Shown: piece after piece, positions 21,869 to 32,801 of the stretch
How positions within the stretch are numbered: the stretch's first letter is position 1
Layout of the letters: every line of letters begins with the position of its first letter
Assembly: GCA_000697335.1 (NCBI GenBank)
Contig: JNEM01012434.1
Location: 1 to 35,813, forward strand
Length of the DNA: 35,813 nt
From: Conidiobolus incongruus B7586
Lineage: Eukaryota
Reading direction: 5' to 3'
The notes under the pieces: generated by a model
The model's database searches: none
The model's input: only the letters and a program-made list of their open reading frames with translations
Told to the model about the DNA's origin: nothing
Program-made: the position numbers and the translations under genes

Positions 21869-24220
21869 GTAATAACCCATTCAAATTTTAATAACATTAG
21901 TAAGTTTAGCTCAAGTCTAATGACTTTAATATTAATAATCAAATTAATAAGCTATATGTCAAAGATTTTAAATTATTAGTTAAATTTTTAAAAATAATCA
22001 ATAACAATCAAATATTTTTCATTTACTTATCATATACTTTTTCACTTAGGTCAAGACCGATATAATGGTTAATAGTACTAATTGGTGTTGTTTTTAATAG
22101 GAACTATCACTAGTATTAGAAATTATAGTTGAAATACCCTGTTTTTAAAATTAATATTTAACTTGGTTTGGTTAGTATTTATCAGATTTTTGATATTTGT
22201 ACAATATTTATTATATCAATTGATTAAATCATTATTTTAAGTATTTAATTGCGATTTCAGGTTTCATTTATTTAATATAAAGTGATTAATAACCTTTTTG
22301 ATTCAGTTTATAATTGATCTTAGTTTAAAAATATGATAATAGCATAAATAATAATTGTACCAAATATTGTATATACATAACTATTTGGAGTATTAGTCAA
22401 GTTTAATTATTTTATATAGATATAAAATATTTAAATTTAGAAATATCGAAATAACTATAAATTTTAATAACCAATTATTATAATGATATTAATAATAATA
22501 ATAAAAAATAATCAAGATGATGTAATTGAAATTGATTAATTTTTTTAATCAATTAATGATATCCTTTACTATTTTTATTTTGTTGCCATTTTGCACAACC
22601 AACGTGAAAGTTGCACAAAATTTCAAAAATTTAGCTGATTTCTTGTAGCGTAATAATTAGTTTTTTCTTGAAAAAAAATTAAAATGATTTACCTAGACTA
22701 TATATGATATTACTTTAATGAAGTTCCTGAGATTTCAAACGATAATCACTCAAGCACATATCCAATAGAAGAATAAATTAAATTACATTGATTATGAGAA
22801 CTTGCTGAATTTAATATTAATCAAAATTTACCAAAGTTCATTGGAAATTAAAACTATGGAAATATTGGCATTATATACATATAATGAAACAATATCATTG
22901 AAAGAAATTGTGTGGTGAAAATATATATGTGGGTATAATTATAAATTTTAAAAATATGATGATAAACTGAAATAATATTGTCTGACTTTTTGGTCAAATA
23001 TTCAAAATAGAAAAAAGTTATAAATTTGAGTTTTAGAATATGAATGGATTTTGATAAGTTAGGATTAGCTTTACTAAAATGAATTTTGTATTAAAATACA
23101 GATTGAAACTAAAATAATTATATATTATTGAACGTTATTCTAAATTACTATAATTTTTAGAATTTTATATCATTATTTTTACCGACTTTAACCAATTTTT
23201 GATAATTTTACTATTTACATTAATATTAATTTTTTATAAAATTATATTGAACCTTCTAAAATATACATCTCGATATAAATATCACAAAAAATGCACTTTA
23301 TATTGAAAATGTACTTGAATTAATAAATTGGTGTATATTCATTGAAAAAACAATTTAATTGGTTGATCAAATTTAATGGAATGTTAATTCATCTGTCAAA
23401 TGATATTAATCTGAAAAGTGAAACATTATTTTAAATTTAAAATCAAGCTCTAATTAATATATTAGAATCGATCTTTCCTTGTAGCAGTATTTAGTTATAA
23501 TCATTATTCTATATTATATAATTCAAATATCAAATATACTTCGAGCAAATTTAAGATAAAATCTTTGAAAATATATAACGAGTAAATTACATTTTTAATT
23601 GTTATCAAAAAATTCAATATCTATTATAACTATGATATAAAATTGTTATTAGTCATGTATGATATGTTAGTATATTTTTAGATGGAATATTCATAGTTTA
23701 TTATATCCGATTCTATCATAGCTTTCTCCTTTTATAGTAGTTCAAATAATATATCTTCTAAACTTTCCTTATTAAAATTTATTTAATATAAAATGTAAAT
23801 TGTTGTTTATCATTATTTGTTATTTTGTTTAGTATACTTATAGAGTATATTTAATAATTGATCAAATATACTTATCTTTGATTATACCAGTGATACATGT
23901 ATTAGTCATAAACTCATTAAATCGTAAATAATTATTTTAATTCTTATATGGATAGAAAATTTTAAATATCAGATAATATAATTATATTATATATTCAATA
24001 ATTATAATAATATTATTTTATTAACTTTGATTTAATAGTATATTATGTACATTAGCCATAAAAGTTATTAAATTATTTGAAATATACATTATTAATAAAA
24101 GAAATTTAATGTTAAACACTGTTAATATATATATTGTGAGCTATTATATATTATATTTAATGTTTTTTCCAATTAATAAACAAATATTCAGAAAAATTTA
24201 TAAAATATTATAAAATAATA

Positions 24221-25527
24221 TTACCTTGAATTTAAAGTAATGGGAAATTTTTTAATTTCTGATTTTTCAAACATATTATTAGTTTGTAATAAATAAATAT
24301 ATACAAAGTTAATAGGAAATTATATATATTTAAAATATATATATATAATAATTTTTTTGATTAAAAAATTAACTTTTTAAAATTGGTTGTTTAATTTAAT
24401 CATGCTTAAACTAAATAGTAATCATCAAAAGTTTTTTATTTTAGTATTAGTAAAATTTAACCATAAACCATCTAAAATTATTTAAAATTTATAAGCAGCT
24501 TTTAGTAATAAAGTATTATTTAAATTAAAAATTTATTACTAGGTAAATTATTTTAAAGCTAAAAAAAACTATCTAATACTTACTAAAATCTAAAAAACCA
24601 ACTTTAACTATTACTTTTTTAATTATTAATAGAGTGAAGAAATATATTGAAAAACACCTTTTTATTTTAGTTAAAGAATTATCTAAACACTTTAATATTA
24701 GTTTTATAAGTATTTTATATATATTAAAGTTTAAACTCAAATTAATAAATAAAAATATAAAATAAATACTTTATAATTTAACTAAAGCTTAAAAAAAACT
24801 AGAGTAATTATTGTTAAATAAAACTTACTAAAATATTATTAGAAGCTTAAACTTTTATAGTGAATAATTACAATTGATGAATCTTAGATTTTTATATATA
24901 ATCTTTTATTAAAACACAAATTAAAATGTTAGATTAAGCTAAATCAACCCCCTCTATAAATCCCTTTAAATAAATATTTTGTTAATAAGTGAATATTAAT
25001 TATTATAATAGATTATAATATTATATGCTATGCTTATTTAGTTTTTAAAAGAAAATTCATTAATAGTAAACTTTATATTGTTTTTTTTTAAATAAAAGTA
25101 TTTTTAATTAGTGTTCTCAATATAATTTAAGAAAACCTATTATTTTGCATAATAATTATAAAATAGATAAATCTAAAGTTATAAAAAACTTTCTAATTAA
25201 AAATAACTGGAAAAAACTACTATATCTAGTATACTCTTTAGATTATAACCTATGTAATTATAATTACTTTAGGTCATTAAAAAACCAACTTACAAGAAAG
25301 AAAATTTCTACAAGAAAATTTAATTGGTTTATAGAATATTATATTAGACTTTAATAAAAATAATTATTTTTTAGGTGTTAAACCTTTGCTAAAAATATAG
25401 CAAAAAATTATTAATAATAAAAGAAACTATTAAATCTATAATATATATTCATTTTTATATATTATATATTAAAATATTTATTTATTTTGAATTGCAAACA
25501 ATTGCTATTATTTAAAATATAGAGTAA
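24221..25527 (+). mobile_element. Full-length (~1.3 kb) heavily decayed mariner (DD34D) transposon
   Basis: Imperfect TIRs (TTACCTTGAATTTAAAGTAATGGGAAATTTTT at left; ...TATTATTTAAAATATAGAGTAA at right, matching the TIR at 35279) flanked by TA. Relic motifs K*ILYNLT (WVPHEL) at ~24760, IITIDES*IF at ~24865, LHNNYK, LVYSLDYNLCNY. 24993..25433 aligns with the transposase at 35373..35813. Confidence 0.88.
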
Positions 25528-26292
25528 TATTTTAGAAACTCAATTTTATTTACAAAATCCAAAATAATATAAATCAAAATATTTTCATCAATGTACCAAA
25601 TTTTATCTTTAAATATTACAATATATTATTATTTAACTTAGGTTATATATTACAATTAATTATTAACATATGATTAAACAGGGTAATCAAAATTGGTTCA
25701 TTTTATTGATTAAATATATTCATTTTAAATACCTCAAAGAATTAATTTAAATTGTCATATAATTCTATTATATATAAAGTACAACTGTTATCATCTAAAA
25801 ATATAAGTTAAATTATAATATGATATATAAGGTCAACTATATTTCAATAACCATATAATTTAAATTTATTTAATTTTAATTTGAAATTCATTAAATTGAT
25901 TCTCAATGGCTGTAATATGTAATAATAATTAAAATATGAAATTTTATAAATTTAAAAATAATTATTAATATTGTGAAAATCATGTTAAGGTGGTATATAT
26001 GAATATAATTTATAACAAAGGCTGTGAAGGGGGTATATTTATAAAGATATTGATTAAAATATAAATAGAAATGATCCAAAGATTATATTAATAATTTTTA
26101 AATCATTAAACATCATTTTTATTTTTATTAATAAAAGCTAGCATAATTTGAAAAAAAAATTCGTTGATTCCTATTAGCATATCATTTATTTCATGTTTTT
26201 TTATCACAAGTAAAATTTGCTATATAATCTAGAATCCCAAAATATTTTATTAATTATATGAAAATTTCATGAATTGATACTGATAATGAAAA

Positions 26293-27152
26293 CTAATTAA
26301 TAAAATTTTATTAAATATTCTAACCGCAAGTGGCATATTGGAATTTGGCACAATTTTCATCTTCAAAAATTAATACCAAACGATCTGGGCGATACATTCT
26401 ATCAAGAATATCACAGGAAGTGTAGAATTCCTTCTTAACATCAGTCTCAAGCTTATTGCCAGCACTGAACTTGGTTCCATCACGAGTAGTTTGGTGCAAT
26501 TTAAGAGTCCAGTATTTCTCATCACAATCAGCATCAGGTCTATTGTAACGTTGGTCTAGTTCTTTGCTTTTCTTAACACTATCAGCAATACCAGGATATC
26601 TGGAAATCAATTCTTGAGCGCTTAAGTTCTTTAAATCTTCTGGTTTATTGGGAAGGGAAGGCTTATGGTTGGAGTCATCGGGGAATACGATTCTATCGTT
26701 GTTATTGTTGTTTTGTGATCTGTCATTACGGATGGCACCGATAGCAGACAATCCAGCTAAAACAAAAAGACTAAATTTCATTTTTACTTATAATAGACAA
26801 ATATATTTTCTTGATAATATTGTAATAGCAGGCGTCTTACAATATATATATATAACTCAATCGACATTCAATGCAATGATAAATATGCAGTGTAATTCCA
26901 ATATCTTGGCCCCGAGACATTCTTCGGAATATACAGTATACATTAAGTACAAAATTAATGGAAAAGATTGTCAGTTTTGCAATCTTAAAATATCTGTAAT
27001 TTCCTTAACTGATTGTTCAATCATTATGATTATACCAGTTCTGTGACAATTTGCCACGCGATTTTTGAATTTACCTTTTTAAGATATTTCGGTTAATTTT
27101 TATTTGATTTTTATCTTAATTATTATGTTTGCATACATCCGAAATAAGATAC
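26293..27152. repeat. 860-bp direct duplication, unit B
   Basis: Identical by eye to 21009..21868. Confidence 0.9.
26320..26781 (-). CDS. Small secreted I78-like peptidase inhibitor, copy 3 (identical to copy 2)
   Basis: Same 153-aa protein as 21036..21497. Confidence 0.75.
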   Translation of the reverse strand: MKFSLFVLAGLSAIGAIRNDRSQNNNNNDRIVFPDDSNHKPSLPNKPEDLKNLSAQELISRYPGIADSVKKSKELDQRYNRPDADCDEKYWTLKLHQTTRDGTKFSAGNKLETDVKKEFYTSCDILDRMYRPDRLVLIFEDENCAKFQYATCG

Positions 27153-28304
27153 ATAATAACTAATATCAATTTTCAAAATTTAGCCCAAATTTCAAATTTG
27201 TAAATGAACAATTCATTTAAAATCTTATACTAATTTATGAATTATTTCAATTACCGAATACAAATATTCAACATCTAAAAATGAATATTATCAATAAGTT
27301 GAGTTATTCCTACTTCTATCAAATACATTGCTTTTCTTTCAATTAACACTATGTACATAAGATCACGAAAACATTTTTAAATATTCTCATTAAATCATTA
27401 ATTTTTAACTTTATTTGGTTAAAATTATCCCGAATTATCTTTTCACAAACAAATCATATTCCAAACTAACAAGTTGAATATATACTGGATTTAATAGTGT
27501 TTTAATATTTATTTGATTTTTCATTTTTTATAGGTATTTATATTTTGGTAAATTGCGCAATAAGGTATAGTCGAATTTATATGGATGTTATATATATATT
27601 AATACTTTATTTCTATATTTTCAGAATCAAATATTATTAAATATTTTTTATACAGAATAGCATTGTACTTCCAATCAAAGTTCATTATGCATAGAGTACC
27701 TCAATAATAGATTATTTTGATGTATTTATAGCACAACAAACCTTTATAAGTCGTAATAATTCATTATTATCATCATCATACAAATCTTTCTTTTGATTAT
27801 TAATTTATTTCTCCTTTTAGTCAATGAATATTAAATAATTGAACGAAATTCGGAAAAATGAATAACTAATACAATATTTTTGCATTATTATGAATATTTT
27901 GAAAATTCATGTTTGAACAGTTTATAACAAAAAAGCCTTTATCATATTTAAAGTATAAAAAAGCTATACAGTATATCCTAAAATACATATTGGGCCAACT
28001 CAAATCTGTCCCACTTTTTCCAATTTTCAGTTTGACCAATTTTGGTTTTTGAAAAAATTGGTCACCCAGCCAAAAAAATCAAAAAAATTGGTCATAAAAA
28101 AATAGCTTACCAATTTTTTCAATTCATAAAATCCACCTGTTTTCTCCCATAAACTATGAAAATAAAGCTAAAAGTATATCATTGCATTTCACAGCAGTGT
28201 GACTTTATTTTATATCAATTAAACAACTTTTATTTTGTGTTGGATATCACACAAATTTACTAACAAAAACACCATTTTTAAGCTTTATCTTGTTTTTTTC
28301 TCTT

Positions 28305-28992
28305 ATGTCATCTATTATTAATATTAGTAACAATAATAAAGGCTCCCTTGAACCACATTTAATAGAAGCTATACTTAATTGGTTGAGGCAAGAAAAAAAC
28401 TATGAATCCTAGTGTTTTAACAAGTCAAATGCTTTTTTTCAAATATACAACTCTATCCCTATTTTAGAAGGAGTAGATTGTTTGAAGTTAAAAAAGAAGC
28501 TTGATAAAATATTTAATCATATAAAAACTCTCATTCACAAATTTAAAGCTGCTGAACAAATTCTAACAAGTAAACAATATAATAGAAATAGTCCTTTGTT
28601 TACAATAGTTAATGTTATTATAACACAAGATAATTTAATTTTTAAAACCTCTAATATAGCTCCTATAACCTCTTTATTATATAACTAATTTCACTATAAG
28701 GAATTAAATGCTTTAGGTAATAAAGAATAAAGTAGTAGCTTTTACCTTTAGTTATCTCCTTCAAGTGAAAGCTCTAGAAGTGTAAAAAACAATGAAAAAA
28801 AAGGAAAAATACCTAATTTTCCCTTTTCCTTAAAGTTATCAAAGAAAGCATATAAGTGCAAAATGAAATCTTAAGACAATAGATTAAGATACAGCAACTA
28901 CAAGAAGAATATCAGTTATAATTGTTAGAACAACAACAATTTTTAATAGAAAAACTTTTACAATTAATTCAAAGGAATTTTGAAAAGAGTAA
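28305..28992 (+). pseudogene. Harbinger accessory (Myb/SANT-like DNA-binding) gene relic
   Basis: MSSII...LIEAILNWLRQEKNYES*(TGG>TAG)...IFNHIKTLIHKFKAAE, resembling the L.WL..E.NY..W...I..L...(Y/F)..A pattern of fungal Harbinger-associated proteins; Q/E-rich coiled-coil tail; several stops. End approximate. Confidence 0.6.
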
Positions 28993-29039
28993 TTAGATTA
29001 TATAATTTTTATTACCAAACAAAATATAATTAAAAAAAT

Positions 29040-30400
29040 ATATTTAAAATAGTTAACCAAGTGTTAGTTTATGATAACATTGCTACTTGTGATTTATTTA
29101 ATTTAGCAAAGTCATTATGTGTGTTGATTATATTTTGTTTATTATCATCAACATTAATATTTTCACTAGTTTTTTTTTCAATTCTTTTTTTTTAAATTAT
29201 AATCTTGTTTATTAAAAGAAATAAAGTTGTAAAGAAAAGTAGTTATATATATAAGTGTAGCAATAAACTAATAAGCTTCTGCATTTTGTATATAATAAGA
29301 TAATAACCTTAAACAAAGAAAGATAGCTTTCTAGATACTAAAGATTCTTTCTACTATAGATTACCTTTCATTATATGTAATATTAAATTCCTCTATTTTT
29401 TGTTTTATAGAGGGAAAGGTAACTTCAATCTAATTTTTTTAAAATAAAATAACTATAAATTTATTATTAGTATAACCTATAAAAAATACAAATTAAATAT
29501 ATTTATTTGCTATTGATAATAAATTAAATTAAGTATAAAATAATTATATTATTTACTATTATCTATAAGAATATAATTTCCTTGTTTAAAGTATTTATTT
29601 AATTAATTGAATAATTTAAATGCTTTTAAAATACTAGAGTCATAATATAATCTAGGTTTCTTAAACTCAAAATATATAAATCTATTCAAAGATAATATAA
29701 CATCTATATATTAAATGCTGTATATGTTTTTTTGTTGTAATATAACTATATGTAAAATATAAGCTGATCTTCAAGTATAATATAACTACCATCTAAGTAA
29801 CCAATATAGTTATTAAAGAAAGGTTGTTCTAAATAAGATTCCTTTATATTATAATAATTTTCTAGCTAAACTATTTAATCTTCTAGTTTTTCTCTAATAG
29901 AATATATTACTCTTTTAATGTACAAAATAACAATTCCTTCTCCTATTCAGAACTTTTCAGCTATATCTTTTAAACATGCTTTTTTGTGACCCAGTTAGTA
30001 AAGTGTAACTATTAACTGAGTTTCTAAAGATACTTGATTTCCTTAATAAGAAGAAATGAAATTCATATGTGACTGTAAAATATTAGCAAATTGGAAAAAC
30101 TTAGCTTTTGGTATCTTTATCCATCTTTTGAAATCATTTTCTTCAAAAGGAAGTTCACATATAGACTATTATAGCAAGTATAATGTATATAGCAAGTGTG
30201 GAGATATATATCTTGAGGTTTTTAGTTCATATAATAATCCTAAAATTACTAGATCATTTATGTTCTCATCAAAGTCAACCATAATGTGGGTAATAAGGAA
30301 CTCTACTGTTTTTTCTATGCTAGGCATAACAAAAAAATAAAACTAGTGAAGTAATTTAGATAAATACTATATATTTTTTAGTTTGAGAAGAGGAATACTT
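29040..30400 (-). pseudogene. PIF/Harbinger DDE transposase relic (DDE_Tnp_4-like), with probable intron 29477..29556
   Basis: Minus-strand translation: DFKRWIKIPK..F, QLIVTLY*LG, IAEKF*IGEGIVILYIKRV, IV*L (I.WP), NYIGYLDGSYI (CIG.LDG.HI, ~29785-29810), KPRLYYDS (PGS.HDS), YFKQGNYILID, EFN..Y...*SIVE, LYNF (LHNF). Ends approximate. Confidence 0.85.
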
Positions 30401-32339
30401 TATTATTAATTATTTTAAGACTTTAGAGTTAATTATGGGAAAACATCACTGAATTTTCTTTTTGGGACACATTTGAGCACATTTTTAACATTTTTCAAAA
30501 AAATCAGGAAAATTAGGAATCAGGACAGATTTGAGCTAGCCTATTATATCTTTTAAATGAATAGCTATTGGACAAATTCATATACAACTATTGAACAATG
30601 AATTGAATGAATTAAATGAATTAAATTTGACATGTTTTAATAGTGAGCTAAAATTATTAAACTAATAACTTGAATAAAGAATTCATAATCAAAATATATA
30701 TATATATGATGCTATTCATGATCTTATAATTTTCAAATTAAATAACATGTAATTTTTTTGACAAAAATGAGTTATAAATTTATACAAAAACTTTTATATA
30801 ATAATATTTTTTAAAGTGTTATTCCATCATATGACATTTCACATTGTTATATAAAACAAAACATTATTAAATTTTATCTGAGATGTTAACCCTTAGGGAG
30901 TCAGATATTTTTATATTATCAGTTTTCACTAACCAATCCAATAATAGCCAATATATACCCAATATCAGAAACTTAATTTTATGATAATTCAAAATTATAT
31001 CACTGAATCGTTTTATACATATTATAATTAAACATTGCATAGTTTATTATTTGAAATTGGATATTTGATTGACAAAAATAAACATAATTATTAAATTTAA
31101 CACTTTATTATGACATATTCTATAAAATTGATTGATTAAATATTGACAACATTATCCATAACTCAAACTAAATTCCTAATATATATTTTTGTGATATCAA
31201 AAATACTCTGAATTATACTTTTTATGGTTAATTAAATATTGATGTTAAAATAATATTTTTTGAATTTATCTTTGTGAGAATTGAAATTTTAAGGTAATTC
31301 TAGATATAATGCCATATATTAAAACACGAAAAGGGTTTTCTAAATGAAATACAATTAAAAAAGTTGGTTAAGAAATCAATTTAATGTAAATCATAAACTA
31401 GTTTCAATGCTGTTAAAATATCTTACAAATTTATTATAAATGAGAGTTGTATGCACCAAAGGTTTATTTTGTTGATATTATCATATACTATTGGGAATAT
31501 GAATAAGTTGTATATTTAATTATACTAAAATCATATTATACTAATAAACATTTGACATAATAATGCTATTTAAATTAAAATTATTAGATAATAATTTAAT
31601 GTTTATATCGAAATATTTTTTTACTGATATATCAAAAAATTTTTATTTTAATGTTTTTTGTCAGGTAGACAAAATAAATAAAAAATATTAATTTTGTCGA
31701 CTTGACTGGGTAGTACTATTTTAAAAGTGAGCAATTATAGATTAAATAATGCTTAATATTGGTGATATATTATGCAAAAGTGCATTATAATATACAAATG
31801 TTTAAGAAAATTTATAATTAATATCAAATTCCACCAAATGGATAACAATATATGAGATTTATTACAATGATTGAATCTATTGAATTTGATTTTCAGTGGT
31901 TGTGATAAGTATAAAATGTTTTACTCTTCTACTTGTATGATTATAAATTATATTATTTCCAAATATTTTGAAATACATATATATTAATATATTTCAGAAT
32001 TTATACAATTTCAGTCGCAATATACGTGATATAATGTTGGTTAAAATGCTATTGTAGTTGATTCCATAATTAATCATAAAATTCTTTTTTAAAAATGTTT
32101 ATTGAAATCGAATATTTCAGAATAAAATTTTTAGGAATATAATTGGAAATAAAATTAATTGAAGAATTGATCAATCTCTATAACTGATGTATGTGAAAAT
32201 TTTCGGTATAGCAATCCTCTCTTGAAATGAGAGATTATTTATTCTCTAATATATGATCAGCGATATTAAACTGATCAGAATATATGTAGTATACAGCCAT
32301 AATAAAATATAAAATTAATCAAAAATTTTATTAAAAATT

Positions 32340-32801
32340 TTAACCACAAGTAGCATATTGGAATTTGACACACTTATCATCTTCGAAAATTAATACCAAA
32401 CGATCTGGGCGATACATTCTATCAATGAATTCACAAGAAGTGTAGAATTCCTTCTTAACATCAGTCTCAAGCTTATTGCCAGCACTGAACTTGGTTCCAT
32501 CACGAGTAGTTTGGTGCAATTTAAGAGTCCAGTATTTCTCATCACAATCAGCATCAGGTCTATTGTAACGTTGGTCTAGTGCTTTGTTTTTCTTAACACC
32601 ATCTGCAATACCAGGATATCTGGAAAGCAATTCTTGAGCGCTTAAGTTCTTCAAATCTTCTGGTTTATTGGGAAGGGAAGGCTTATTGTTGGAGTCATCG
32701 GGGAATACGATTCTATTGTTGTTATTGTTGTTTTGTGATCTGTCATTACGGATGGCACCGATAGCAGACAATCCGACTAAAACCAAAAGACTGAACTTCA
32801 T
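32340..32801 (-). CDS. Small secreted I78-like peptidase inhibitor, copy 4 (153 aa)
   Basis: 14 amino-acid differences from copies 2/3; same signal peptide pattern, four Cys and RMYRPDRL...CG. Confidence 0.75.
   Translation of the reverse strand: MKFSLLVLVGLSAIGAIRNDRSQNNNNNNRIVFPDDSNNKPSLPNKPEDLKNLSAQELLSRYPGIADGVKKNKALDQRYNRPDADCDEKYWTLKLHQTTRDGTKFSAGNKLETDVKKEFYTSCEFIDRMYRPDRLVLIFEDDKCVKFQYATCG

Larger units (their letters stand above)
27992..30542. mobile_element. Decayed PIF/Harbinger-superfamily DNA transposon (2551 bp), two convergent genes
   Basis: Left TIR GGGCCAACTCAAATCTGTCC; right end GGACAGATTTGAGCTAGCCT (reverse complement AGGCTAGCTCAAATCTGTCC). ATT on both flanks (27989-27991, 30543-30545). 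Subterminal AAAAAATTGGTCA repeats. Internal Myb-like and DDE relics. Confidence 0.88.

Noticed and set aside
22680..23060. Possible kinase-like relic (KNMMIN*NNIV*LFG)
   Set aside because: It is a single degenerate motif with no other kinase subdomain recognised.
30056..30340. 94-aa plus-strand ORF
   Set aside because: It is antisense to the Harbinger transposase relic.
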